A program made the translations under genes and the position numbers. Shown piece by piece: positions 42,398 to 52,027 of a stretch of DNA of 64,000 bases (position 1 is its first letter; each line of letters begins with the position of its first letter). The notes beneath the pieces were generated by a model. That model was given only the letters and a program-made list of their open reading frames with translations, made no database searches and was not told where the DNA came from. This stretch comes from an uncultured Spirochaetales bacterium. GTDB lineage: Bacteria; Spirochaetota; GWE2-31-10; CAYYKD01. The stretch covers positions 89,851 to 153,850 of the forward strand of contig CAZSQU010000001.1 in the NCBI GenBank assembly GCA_964608985.1, read 5' to 3'.

Positions 42398-42562
42398 AGG
42401 ACACTTCTAATTACCTGCTTTGGATTGAAACCGAAGACATTATTTGCATTGACAAGAAGCTAATACCACAGTATAACCTGGTTATATTGAGGATTTTAGC
42501 GACGAAGTATCTGCAAAAAAGATCAAGGTTTACACACCGAATGAGGTAATTAGAAGTGTCCT
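42398..42562. repeat. 165-bp element bounded by perfect 19-bp inverted repeats (MITE-like element or long-stem structured RNA)
   Basis: AGGACACTTCTAATTACCT at 42398-42416 and its exact reverse complement at 42544-42562. The right copy contains the lolD stop codon and its last six codons. Lies between the convergent 3' ends of ligA and lolD. Confidence 0.6.
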
Positions 42563-43242
42563 TTACTTACTAAAACTCCGTTTTCAAGTTTGTAGCTGTC
42601 ATTAGCCATAGAAGCAATCATCTGTGAGTGTGTAATAATAACTAATGAGTGTCTGAACTGTCTATTTATATCCATCAATAGTTCCATTACAATATTTGAA
42701 TTCCTTTCGTCAAGGTTACCTGTCGGTTCATCAGCAAGTATTATATCCGGGTTGTTAATAAATGCTCTTGCTATAGCAATGCGCTGTTTTTCCCCGCCTG
42801 AAAGTTTAGATGGGTAATAATCAGCTCTTTGAGACAAACCAACTTTGTCAATCAGATCTTTTGCAAGTGATTGTGCACTTTTTTTATTAAATCGTTTAAT
42901 TAGAAAGGGTATCATAACATTCTCAATAGCCGTAAACTCATCAAGAAGATAATGGGCTTGAAATATAAACCCGATTCTTGTGTTTCTTATTAGTGTAAGT
43001 TCTTTTTCGTCCATCAATGATATATCATCGCCTTTTAATAACATTTGACCGCTTGTTATCTCTTCAAGACCACCAATACAGTTTAATAAAGTTGATTTTC
43101 CGGAACCGCTCTCACCGGTTATCGAAACTGTTTCAAATTCCTTAAGAGTCAAATTGACACCTTTTAGAATTGCCAACTCCTCAGCTTCATTTCTATAGAT
43201 TTTCCGGAGATCTTGAACATCCAAAACAATATTTTCAGCCAT
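42550..43242 (-). CDS. lolD: Lipoprotein-releasing system ATP-binding protein
   Basis: Walker A '[10 protein letters not shown]', signature '[15 protein letters not shown]' and Walker B '[11 protein letters not shown]'. Follows two FtsX-type permease genes. Confidence 0.85.
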   Translation of the reverse strand: MAENIVLDVQDLRKIYRNEAEELAILKGVNLTLKEFETVSITGESGSGKSTLLNCIGGLEEITSGQMLLKGDDISLMDEKELTLIRNTRIGFIFQAHYLLDEFTAIENVMIPFLIKRFNKKSAQSLAKDLIDKVGLSQRADYYPSKLSGGEKQRIAIARAFINNPDIILADEPTGNLDERNSNIVMELLMDINRQFRHSLVIITHSQMIASMANDSYKLENGVLVSKGHF

Positions 43243-44524
43243 TTCTTATCACCTCATTAGGTTTTACAGCCCCGGCACTCATGGCGGGAGCTACAGAAGA
43301 TATTATTGAAAAAAAAGTTGTTATCAATAAAATAAATACTATTTCGCTAAATGAAACAACCGAATAAATTTTATCGAGATAGAAATCCTTTGAAAATATA
43401 TCAATTACTGCCGGCTCATATACTCGTTTATCAAACAATCGAGAAATATTGTAAGAAAAATAATTAAATCCGTTAATTATAAATGAAAAAAAGTCAATAA
43501 TACTATCAAGATTAAAAGAAACTGCCAATCCGAGTATAACTCCCGCCAAACCGCTAATCAATCCGATATATATCCCCTTAAGAAGATAAGTTACCAATAT
43601 TTTGCTTGATGAATAACCCATCGTTTTTAATATACCTATCTCCCGTTTTTTTTCATTAACCGCCATAAATACTGTCGTAATAATATTTACCACAGCCATA
43701 ATAACTACAAGCGTAACAATAAAACCGATAATATTTCTATTGAAACTATTTGCCGTAATATCGCTGCTGTTGATCTCTTTCCATGTACTGACAAAATAAA
43801 AACCGGCATTTCGAATATTTTCTGCAATATCATTAACCTTATCCGGATTATCAACCTTAATTGCAATATTCAAAGGTATATTTTGAAGAATCGTATTCAT
43901 ACTGCTGATACCTGTAAAAATCAATGCCTCATCAAGCTCAACATAACCGGTAGTAAAAATGCCTGAAACAGTAAATCTTTTAAATGTTACCTCGGCACCG
44001 GCTTCCGATAACATTCCTACAAAAAACACAACATCACCTACATCTATGCGAAGATCCGATGAGGTTTTTCGTGAGATCATTATTTTCCCGTTCGAAAGAT
44101 CTTTAGTTCCTGAGAGTATTTTAACGGTTCTATCAAGTCCTGTATCGTTAATAAAAGCAGATTCATCTATCGCTCTGAACATAGGAATTCCAATATTGAT
44201 TGAATTCGCCGTGATAAGACCTTTAACCTCTTTATATGTGTAAATGGACCGAATCCCATCTATATCCATTAATCTTTGTATATCAGATTCGTTGAATTCA
44301 GAAAAATTATTATAAAAATCATTATAGACTATATGTGAACTCTTAACCTCCCGATTAATCTCGAGAAGTCCATAAATATAACCGTTCATTACACCTATTG
44401 ATGATATATATATTGAAATAGCAATAGCTGTAACTATAATAACAGATATTGTAGCCCTTGATACCTCTTTATTGCCGGATCCACTTATAAGATACCTGAA
44501 TGATATATAATTCTCAAATTTCAT
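43235..44524 (-). CDS. LolC/LolE-family lipoprotein-releasing system permease (FtsX fold)
   Basis: N-terminal transmembrane helix, large periplasmic domain and three C-terminal transmembrane helices. Overlaps lolD by 8 nt. Confidence 0.75.
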   Translation of the reverse strand: MKFENYISFRYLISGSGNKEVSRATISVIIVTAIAISIYISSIGVMNGYIYGLLEINREVKSSHIVYNDFYNNFSEFNESDIQRLMDIDGIRSIYTYKEVKGLITANSINIGIPMFRAIDESAFINDTGLDRTVKILSGTKDLSNGKIMISRKTSSDLRIDVGDVVFFVGMLSEAGAEVTFKRFTVSGIFTTGYVELDEALIFTGISSMNTILQNIPLNIAIKVDNPDKVNDIAENIRNAGFYFVSTWKEINSSDITANSFNRNIIGFIVTLVVIMAVVNIITTVFMAVNEKKREIGILKTMGYSSSKILVTYLLKGIYIGLISGLAGVILGLAVSFNLDSIIDFFSFIINGFNYFSYNISRLFDKRVYEPAVIDIFSKDFYLDKIYSVVSFSEIVFILLITTFFSIISSVAPAMSAGAVKPNEVIRNG

Positions 44525-44526
44525 AT

Positions 44527-45873
44527 CTATTTATCCCTTATTATAGAATTTGGTTTTAATTTTGAAGCAGAATAGATCGGAAACAATGCTGCAAATACAG
44601 TAATAAAGAATACAAATCCTGCCATAATAAGGACCTCAACACAACTTATTTTTACCGGTATAGCAGATTGATAATAGATTGTACTATCATAGATTTTAAT
44701 ACTGAAAGGATCAAAAGGGTATCCGCCTATCAATCTCTCAAACACAAAAAATATAAATGCAAAAAACCTCTGCAGAAACCATTCTATTACCTTAAAAATA
44801 GATTCAATGTTGTAAGCAAGGAATATTCCTGAGACGACACCTATAAGAGAAGCGGTAAAACCAATAGTAACGCTTTGTAGTATAAATACAAATAATAGAT
44901 CAGATTCTCCTGCACCAAGGGCTTTTAATATACCGATTGATTGCTTTTTTGACATAATACTAAATCTTACTGCACCTAGAGTGTTAATTGATATCATAAT
45001 AAAAATCAAACCAAAAATAAGCGACATAATACCTTTTTCAATTCTTAAAGCATTAAAAAAACCTGAATTCATATCTTCTGCGGTATAAATAATATATTCA
45101 TCGTTATATTTAGAATTTATTAAATCAATAACAGATTTTACTTTTGAATAATCATACAACTTTATTCCTATCCTGTCATAATAAACCCTTGATATTGCAG
45201 AAAGGGATTCTAAAGAAATATACGCCCAATATCTGTCATAATCATAACTTCCCGTAGAAAATATATTGGTTATACGAAACGGAATCCCTTCATTTTTTAT
45301 CGAAGACAATGATATGTCCGGCGTAAGAAGAATATACCTGTTGATGCCGGCATTTATTTTTCCTGCAAGCTCTGAGCCAATGATTACATCATAACCGTCT
45401 AGAATGAAACTACTGTCATAACGCCTTAAATATCTCATAAAAACTTGATCTTTTGCCATCTCTTGCGGATCAAATGCTCTTAATTTTATAACATTAGGTT
45501 CTAAATATGGTCTTTCATAAGACTTTATAATAATCTGTTTATCGATAAACGGGGTTACTGCAGTGACATTCTCATTTTTATATAATTCATTTTTAACAGC
45601 TTCAATATCCTCATCTGTTAAATAGCCGTTTCTTCTTTGCATGGAAATATGAAAAGAACCGATCTCAATTCTCCTCGATATATGACTCTCTTGAAAACCG
45701 TTCATAACACCTATTACTACTATTAAAACCGCTAAACCGATTGTTAATCCCCATAAAATAGAATTAAAGATTATTATTGTTTTTTTGTCTCTGCCTCTTA
45801 TAGAGACAAACCGTTTATTTAAAAAGAGTATTAAGGATATTTTTTCGATCAATTTATTTATCATTATAAACAT
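44527..45873 (-). CDS. LolC/LolE-family lipoprotein-releasing system permease (FtsX fold), second copy
   Basis: Same topology as the neighbouring permease. 448 aa. Lies 2 nt upstream of it. Confidence 0.75.
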   Translation of the reverse strand: MFIMINKLIEKISLILFLNKRFVSIRGRDKKTIIIFNSILWGLTIGLAVLIVVIGVMNGFQESHISRRIEIGSFHISMQRRNGYLTDEDIEAVKNELYKNENVTAVTPFIDKQIIIKSYERPYLEPNVIKLRAFDPQEMAKDQVFMRYLRRYDSSFILDGYDVIIGSELAGKINAGINRYILLTPDISLSSIKNEGIPFRITNIFSTGSYDYDRYWAYISLESLSAISRVYYDRIGIKLYDYSKVKSVIDLINSKYNDEYIIYTAEDMNSGFFNALRIEKGIMSLIFGLIFIMISINTLGAVRFSIMSKKQSIGILKALGAGESDLLFVFILQSVTIGFTASLIGVVSGIFLAYNIESIFKVIEWFLQRFFAFIFFVFERLIGGYPFDPFSIKIYDSTIYYQSAIPVKISCVEVLIMAGFVFFITVFAALFPIYSASKLKPNSIIRDK

Positions 45874-45937
45874 AAGATGAAGATTATATATAAATAAATA
45901 GATATTGAAAACAAATATTTTATATTTGATATTTTAT

Positions 45938-46168
45938 AGGGTGCAGATTTAATTTTTGGCAAATACCTTAGTGCAAAATAGAATTTTTAAACAAAACAAA
46001 AAAATGCGGTACGCATTTTAACCTCTTTAAAGCTCTCTCAGTGCAGAATATAGTTTTTGACCTTAAAGCGAGTTAAAAAAGGAAAACGCCTGTGATTCTC
46101 AGAACCGAAGTTTTACTTTTTATAACTCGCTTTATTATAAACCTGCCAAAAATTAAATTCGCACCCTA
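45938..46168. repeat. 231-bp element bounded by 24-bp imperfect inverted repeats, containing further direct repeats and hairpins
   Basis: AGGGTGCAGATTTAATTTTTGGCA (45938-45961) pairs with 46145-46168 (TGCCAAAAATTAAATTCGCACCCT). The reverse complement differs only by AG versus GA at the centre. Direct-repeat copies GTGCA(A/G)A.T..A.TTTTT at 45941, 45971 and 46041. Internal hairpins at 46004-46020 and 46065-46134. Confidence 0.55.
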
Positions 46169-46369
46169 TTTTATATTTTATGAGCGCATTTTTATTTTCT
46201 TTTCAATCAACTAGTTAATCATTTATATAAGCATTTACTTTTTAATATTTAAAGCAGTTGATTTTTTTATTTTATTTTTTTATAGTTTTATGAAAATCAG
46301 TATAATGATCAAAAAATATGTTCTTTAAATAAATAATATCAGAGATTATAGAGATATGGGAATAAAAAA

Positions 46370-46723
46370 ATGAAACGAGAAATGATTTGTATAGTTTGTC
46401 CCGCGGGTTGCAGATTAACTGTTAATTATAGTAACGATAATGAACCGATAATAACAGGAAACGGATGCAACAGGGGAATTACTTATGCCACAAATGAGAT
46501 AACCGATCCTCGAAGAACTGTTACAACAACAATAGCCGTAAAGAACCGTGGAATCAGATGCCCCGTGAAATCTGATAAGCCTGTTCCAAAGAAAGATATT
46601 GATGTTTTATTATCAATGTTGCATAAAATAAACATGGATCCCCCCGTAAAATCGGGTGATATCATTATTTCAAATTTTGATAATACCGGTATCAACATAT
46701 TATCCACCTCTTCAATAGAATAA
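46370..46723 (+). CDS. DUF1667-family protein
   Basis: 'ICIVCPAGCRL...GNGCNRGITYA...VKSDKPVPKK...SGDIIISN' matches the DUF1667 pattern. 117 aa. Confidence 0.6.
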   Translation: MKREMICIVCPAGCRLTVNYSNDNEPIITGNGCNRGITYATNEITDPRRTVTTTIAVKNRGIRCPVKSDKPVPKKDIDVLLSMLHKINMDPPVKSGDIIISNFDNTGINILSTSSIE

Positions 46724-46827
46724 ATTATCATTTTAAATTACATTAATTGAAAAAAGTTCTTTGAAAAAATGATTTTATAATGTATAAGATTTATTAAAAT
46801 ATTTATTCAATTTTAAGGAGGATACAA

Positions 46828-47361
46828 TTGAATCCTAAACAGACACAAACAAGTTCATCTGTAAGAGAGTTACCCGATGACTTTTATAAAATTCTTGATG
46901 ATTATATCAAAGAACTGAATATTTTGAGGAACGATAATAGAAGAAGAGGTTACCTGATCCAAGTTTTGCATAAAGCACAATCAATATTCGGTTATCTCCC
47001 GGAAGAGGTTCAGAGATTTGTTGCAGAAAAACTTTATCTTCACCATTCAGATGTTTCCGGTGTTATAAGTTTTTATAACTTTTTTACAATAACCCCTAAG
47101 GGTAAATACAACATAAGCATATGTATGGGAACTGCATGCTTTGTAAAAGGTGCAGAAAAGATAGTAACTGAATTTGAAAGAATTCTAAATATCAAGTGCG
47201 GCGGTGTTACTGAAGACAAAAAATATTCTATTGATGTTTTGAGATGTCTCGGAACTTGCGGTTTAGCACCGGTTGTAATGGTTAACAATAAAATATATGG
47301 AAATGTTACAACAAAGAAAGTAGGCGATATTATTGCAGACTGTAAAAAGATGGAGGGTTAA
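46828..47361 (+). CDS. hndA: HndA/HydC-type subunit (NuoE-like 2Fe-2S thioredoxin fold) of the NAD(P)-linked [FeFe]-hydrogenase
   Basis: 'CMGTACFVKG...CLGTCGLAPVVMV'. 177 aa. TTG start with an AAGGAGGA ribosome-binding site. Confidence 0.8.
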   Translation: MNPKQTQTSSSVRELPDDFYKILDDYIKELNILRNDNRRRGYLIQVLHKAQSIFGYLPEEVQRFVAEKLYLHHSDVSGVISFYNFFTITPKGKYNISICMGTACFVKGAEKIVTEFERILNIKCGGVTEDKKYSIDVLRCLGTCGLAPVVMVNNKIYGNVTTKKVGDIIADCKKMEG

Positions 47362-47366
47362 TTTTT

Positions 47367-47744
47367 ATGCTAAAGAATAAAGATGATTTTTTCAGCTATA
47401 TGCAAAAAGCTATCGATACCAAAAAATCAAACAAAAAAATTAAATTATGTATCGGTACTGGAACTTGTGGAAACGCTGCAGGTGCTAAAGAGGTACTAAA
47501 TAGTCTTGAGGATATAATTAGAAAAAAAGGACTTTCCGACTGCGAAATAAAGAAGGTTGGTTGTGTAGGTTTTTGTGAAGCTGAGCCGACTATAGAAGTT
47601 TTTTTTCCTGACGGAAATTCTATACTTTTGGGTTACTTAAAACCTGACAATATTGATAGTGTTGTTGAAATGCATATAATCAACAAAAGTACAAGCGGTA
47701 AACATGTGTTAAATAAGAATTTTGACGAGTCAATTTGGGGGTAG
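47367..47744 (+). CDS. hndB: HndB-type small 2Fe-2S subunit
   Basis: 125 aa. 'CIGTGTCGNAAG...VGCVGFCEAEP'. Matches the 125-aa HndB of the Desulfovibrio Hnd system in size and position. Confidence 0.7.
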   Translation: MLKNKDDFFSYMQKAIDTKKSNKKIKLCIGTGTCGNAAGAKEVLNSLEDIIRKKGLSDCEIKKVGCVGFCEAEPTIEVFFPDGNSILLGYLKPDNIDSVVEMHIINKSTSGKHVLNKNFDESIWG

Positions 47745-47748
47745 GTAA

Positions 47749-49212
47749 ATGGCAAAACAAGTAAGAATAGCACTAAAGAATTGTGGTCGTATAGATCCGG
47801 ATAATATAGCAGATTATATTGGGAATAGAGGTTACGAAGCCCTTGCGAAAGCAATTACCGAAAAAAAACCTGAAGATGTTGTTCAAACTATCCTTGATTC
47901 AGGTCTTAGAGGTAGAGGCGGCGGCGGATTTCCGACCGGTTTAAAATGGAAGATAGCGGCTCAAAATAAATCAGATGAAAAATTTGTCATCTGTAATGCA
48001 GATGAAGGTGACCCCGGTGCTTTTATGGATCGAGCAATAATTGAAGGAGATCCCCATTCTGTTCTTGAAGCAATGGCTATAGCAGGATATGCAATAGGTG
48101 CAAATAAAGGGGTTATCTATATTCGAGCAGAGTATCCGCTTGCAGTTCAAAGATTATTTACTGCAATAAAAGCTGCTACTGATATGGGTTTACTTGGAAA
48201 AAACATTCTCGGAACAAGTTTTTCTTTTGAAATAAATGTGAAGCTTGGAGCAGGGGCATTTGTTTGCGGCGAAGAAACTTCATTAATTCATTCTATTGAA
48301 GGAAACAGAGGTGAGCCGACAGTAAAACCTCCATTTCCTGCTGAAAAAGGATTGTGGGGAAAACCTACAATAGTAAATAATGTTGAAACCTATGCAAACA
48401 TAACTTCAATAATTATAATGGGACCGGATTGGTTTAAAAAAATCGGTAAGGATAAATCGCCCGGTACAAAAGTATTCGCACTAGCCGGTAAAGTAAATAA
48501 GGTTGGCCTTGTTGAGGTTCCAATGGGAACAACTATCAGAGAAGTTATCTATGATATAGGCGGCGGTATAACAAACAATAAACAATTCAAATCTGTTCAA
48601 ACCGGCGGTCCATCCGGCGGTTGTATAACAAAAGAAAATTTGGATACGCCAATTACCTATGAAAATCTGCTTGCCATTGATTCTATGATGGGCTCCGGCG
48701 GTATGATTGTAATGGATGAAGATGATTGTATGGTTAATGTTGCGAAATTCTATCTTGAATTCATAATTGATGAAAGTTGCGGTAAGTGTACTCCTTGTAG
48801 AGTCGGAAATAAGAGACTTCATGAGATGCTTACTCAGATTACATCCGGAAAAATCGATGATTTAGCTATACTTGATAAAATCAAACACCTTTGTTATGTA
48901 ATTAAAAAAGGTTCATTATGCGGGCTGGGACAAACATCTCCAAACCCGGTTTTGTCAACCATAAGATTTTTTGAAGATGAATACAGAGGACACATTCTTG
49001 ATAAAAAATGTAAAGCCGGTGTTTGCCGAAGTCTTTTAAACTATGAAATTATTAAAGATAAATGTATCGGTTGTACTTTATGCGCAAGAAACTGTCCGGT
49101 TAATTGTATTTCGGGCAAGATTAAAGAGGTTCATGTTATAGACAGTTCAAAATGTATTAAATGCGGTGTATGTTATGAACAATGTAAGTTCGGCGCAATC
49201 AAATTTTCGTAA
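47749..49212 (+). CDS. hndC: HndC/HydB-type NuoF-like flavoprotein subunit (NAD(P)H, FMN, Fe-S)
   Basis: 'GRGGGGFPTGLKW' NuoF signature, 'ESCGKCTPCR' and two C-terminal CxxCxxCxxxCP ferredoxin motifs. 487 aa. Confidence 0.85.
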   Translation: MAKQVRIALKNCGRIDPDNIADYIGNRGYEALAKAITEKKPEDVVQTILDSGLRGRGGGGFPTGLKWKIAAQNKSDEKFVICNADEGDPGAFMDRAIIEGDPHSVLEAMAIAGYAIGANKGVIYIRAEYPLAVQRLFTAIKAATDMGLLGKNILGTSFSFEINVKLGAGAFVCGEETSLIHSIEGNRGEPTVKPPFPAEKGLWGKPTIVNNVETYANITSIIIMGPDWFKKIGKDKSPGTKVFALAGKVNKVGLVEVPMGTTIREVIYDIGGGITNNKQFKSVQTGGPSGGCITKENLDTPITYENLLAIDSMMGSGGMIVMDEDDCMVNVAKFYLEFIIDESCGKCTPCRVGNKRLHEMLTQITSGKIDDLAILDKIKHLCYVIKKGSLCGLGQTSPNPVLSTIRFFEDEYRGHILDKKCKAGVCRSLLNYEIIKDKCIGCTLCARNCPVNCISGKIKEVHVIDSSKCIKCGVCYEQCKFGAIKFS

Positions 49213-49230
49213 TAGGTAGGGGGATAAATA

Positions 49231-50970
49231 ATGCCAAAAATAAAAATCAATGACATTGAGCTTGAAGTAGATAATAATTCTACAATTCTTCAAGCTGCTT
49301 CTAAATTAAATATTGAGATACCTACACTCTGTCATCTTGATCTTGAGTGTTTCCATGTCGATCATAAAACCGGATCATGCCGTGTTTGTCTTGTTGATGT
49401 TGAGATGCAGGGCAGAACTAAGATGATGCCGGCTTGCTGTACACCGGTTTCAGAAGGTATGAATATAAAAACTAACACACCTGAAGTAATAACTACAAGG
49501 AGAACTATTCTTGAGTTGTTATTATCTGATCACCCCTTTGAATGTTTGACTTGTGCAAAGAGCTTAGACTGTGAACTTCAGGCACTGGCAAAAAAATTCT
49601 GTATTCATGACATTACTTACAGCGGAGCAAAATCAGAATATCCTTTGGATATTTCAGGAAAAGCAATAAGAAGAGACCTCAACAAATGTATTATGTGCAG
49701 AAGATGTGAAACAGCATGTAATGTTATACAAACAGTTGGTGTCTTAACAGGGTACGGAAGAGGCTTTGAAGCTGTTGTAGCACCTGCTGAAATGAAGCCG
49801 CTTGCAGAAACTGAATGTGTTTTTTGCGGACAGTGTGTAAATGTATGTCCGACAGCTGCGCTTACAGAAATCAACTATATTGAAGAGGTTTGGAGAGCAA
49901 TTAATGATCCTAATAAATTCGTTGTAGTTCAAACTGCTCCGGCTGTAAGAGCTGGTATAGGTCAGGAATTCGGAATGCCTGCGGATAAGGTAGCAACAGG
50001 TCAAATGGTTGCAGGTCTTAAAAGACTGGGATTTGATAAAGTATTTGATACAGATTTTTCTGCCGATCTTACAATTATGGAAGAGGGTACAGAAATAATT
50101 CAGAGAGTAAAAGAAAATAAAAACCTCCCGATCTTAACTTCATGCTGCCCGGGATGGATTAATTTCTTAGAATATCAATTCCCTGAATTTGTTGATATAC
50201 CTTCAACTGCAAAATCACCACAACAGATGTTTGGTTCTATTGCAAAATCATATTTTGCAGAAAAAGCAGGAATCGACCCGAAAAAGATGATTGTTGTATC
50301 CGTAATGCCGTGTCTTGCCAAGAAATATGAAGCGGGAAGACCGGAATTTGAAAGAAACGGCATCAGAGATGTTGATTATGTTCTTTCTACAAGAGAACTT
50401 GCAAAGATGTTCAAAGAAGCCGGGATAGATATTTCTAAGCTTAACAAAGAAGATTTTGATAATCCGCTTGGAGAATCAACCGGTGCAGCTGTAATTTTTG
50501 GTGTATCAGGCGGTGTACTTGAAGCTGCTCTAAGATCTTGTTATGAGTTAATTACAAAAAAAGAATTAAAAAATATCGAATTTAAAGCAGTAAGAGGTCT
50601 TGAAGGAATTAAGGAAGCTACTGTCGATATTGACGGTTTGAAACTAAATGTTGCAGTAACATCAGGACTTGGTAATGCAAGAAAGATACTTGAAAAAGTA
50701 CGATCCGGTGAAGCTAAATATCACGCAATAGAGATCATGGCTTGTCCGGGCGGATGTATTAACGGGGGAGGTCAGCCTTATATCCATGGCGATACTCATA
50801 TTCTTGAAGAACGGATGAAAGCATTATATACTGAAGATGAACAGAAGGTCATCAGAAAATCTCATGAGAATCCTTATATTAAAAAACTATATGAGGAATA
50901 CCTTGGAGAACCTTGCGGTAAGAAATCGCATGAATTACTTCATACGCACTACCATAAGAAAACTGTATAG
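49231..50970 (+). CDS. hndD: [FeFe]-hydrogenase catalytic subunit (HndD/HydA)
   Basis: N-terminal 2Fe-2S and 4Fe-4S domains. H-cluster motifs L1 'TSCCPGW', L2 'MPCLAKKYE' and L3 'EIMACPGGCINGGGQP'. 579 aa. Confidence 0.9.
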   Translation: MPKIKINDIELEVDNNSTILQAASKLNIEIPTLCHLDLECFHVDHKTGSCRVCLVDVEMQGRTKMMPACCTPVSEGMNIKTNTPEVITTRRTILELLLSDHPFECLTCAKSLDCELQALAKKFCIHDITYSGAKSEYPLDISGKAIRRDLNKCIMCRRCETACNVIQTVGVLTGYGRGFEAVVAPAEMKPLAETECVFCGQCVNVCPTAALTEINYIEEVWRAINDPNKFVVVQTAPAVRAGIGQEFGMPADKVATGQMVAGLKRLGFDKVFDTDFSADLTIMEEGTEIIQRVKENKNLPILTSCCPGWINFLEYQFPEFVDIPSTAKSPQQMFGSIAKSYFAEKAGIDPKKMIVVSVMPCLAKKYEAGRPEFERNGIRDVDYVLSTRELAKMFKEAGIDISKLNKEDFDNPLGESTGAAVIFGVSGGVLEAALRSCYELITKKELKNIEFKAVRGLEGIKEATVDIDGLKLNVAVTSGLGNARKILEKVRSGEAKYHAIEIMACPGGCINGGGQPYIHGDTHILEERMKALYTEDEQKVIRKSHENPYIKKLYEEYLGEPCGKKSHELLHTHYHKKTV

Positions 50971-50982
50971 TTTTGATTAAAA

Positions 50983-51012
50983 GGGGCTGTCAAAAATGGG
51001 CAGCCCTTTTTT
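50983..51012. terminator. Bidirectional terminator between hndD (+) and folP (-)
   Basis: GGGCTG (50984-50989) and CAGCCC (51001-51006), followed by T6 on the + strand and preceded by A4. Confidence 0.55.
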
Positions 51013-51019
51013 ATTAACT

Positions 51020-51883
51020 TTATGGCAGCAAACCGTTATCGGGTTTGAATATTTGTTTGTATCTTTCAATAACTAATTTTAATTGTTGATGCTCTTGTAT
51101 ATCGTGAACTCTAATTATACTTGCACCATTCAAAGCTGCGACCGTATTTAATGCGATAGAACCGCCCAATCTATTTTCAGGGTTTGTACCGGTAACAGAT
51201 CCGATCATCGATTTTCGTGATATACCGGCGAGTATCGGATATCCTAACTCTTTAAATAATGATAAATTCAACAATATTTGATAATTGTCATCCACACTTT
51301 TTCCAAAACCGAATCCGGGGTCAATAACTATTCTTTTTAAGCCGTTATTTGTTAACAATAAAGCTTTATTTCTTAAATCTGTAATAACTTCAGCTATTAT
51401 ATCGTCGTATATTGGTAATTCCTGCATATTTTGCGGAGTACCTTTAATATGCATAATTATTGATATGGCATCATAATCCTTTGCAACATTTATCATATTA
51501 TTATCAAAGGTAAACCCGCTTATATCATTAATTATCTGAACCCCTTTCTTAACAGACTCTAATGCCACTTCTGATTTTGTTGTATCAATAGAGACAGTAA
51601 CATCAAAATTACTGATAATTTTTTCTATTACAGGAATTACACGATCCAGCTCCTCTTGAACTTCCACCTGTTTACTATAAGGTCTTGTTGATTCCCCTCC
51701 AACATCAATTATCTCGGCACCGTTTTTTATCATTGATTCACAATGGGAAAGTGCTTTATCTAAGTTATTGTATTTATTACCATCACTGAATGAATCCGGA
51801 GTGATATTGAGAATTCCCATTATGGTTATAATCTGAGGATTTGAAATTTTTTTATAAATTGAGTTTATATCTGTTTTTTTCAT
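51020..51883 (-). CDS. folP: Dihydropteroate synthase
   Basis: 'GILNITPDSFSDG' and a pterin-binding barrel. 287 aa. Confidence 0.85.
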   Translation of the reverse strand: MKKTDINSIYKKISNPQIITIMGILNITPDSFSDGNKYNNLDKALSHCESMIKNGAEIIDVGGESTRPYSKQVEVQEELDRVIPVIEKIISNFDVTVSIDTTKSEVALESVKKGVQIINDISGFTFDNNMINVAKDYDAISIIMHIKGTPQNMQELPIYDDIIAEVITDLRNKALLLTNNGLKRIVIDPGFGFGKSVDDNYQILLNLSLFKELGYPILAGISRKSMIGSVTGTNPENRLGGSIALNTVAALNGASIIRVHDIQEHQQLKLVIERYKQIFKPDNGLLP

Positions 51884-52027
51884 AGAATGAACTTAACATT
51901 AATCGATTATAAGTGTCAAATCTTTTAAATAAAAAACAAGAATTATCTTGATTTTAAAACCCATTAATTGTTATAATAACTTCGTAATAATCTTCGTTTT
52001 TACAAATTATTTATCATAGGAGCATTT

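Noticed and set aside
42362-42549. Possible SRP RNA, 6S RNA or tmRNA in the ligA-lolD gap
   Set aside because: No conserved SRP domain IV motif and no tmRNA tag or tRNA-like ends were found. The perfect, mismatch-free 19-bp terminal pairing is more typical of a mobile inverted-repeat element than of an old structured RNA. It is kept as an unclassified inverted-repeat element.
46690-46701. TTATCCACC (8 of 9 match to a DnaA box) inside the DUF1667 gene
   Set aside because: It is a single isolated near-match inside a coding region. There is no cluster of boxes and no adjacent dnaA or dnaN.
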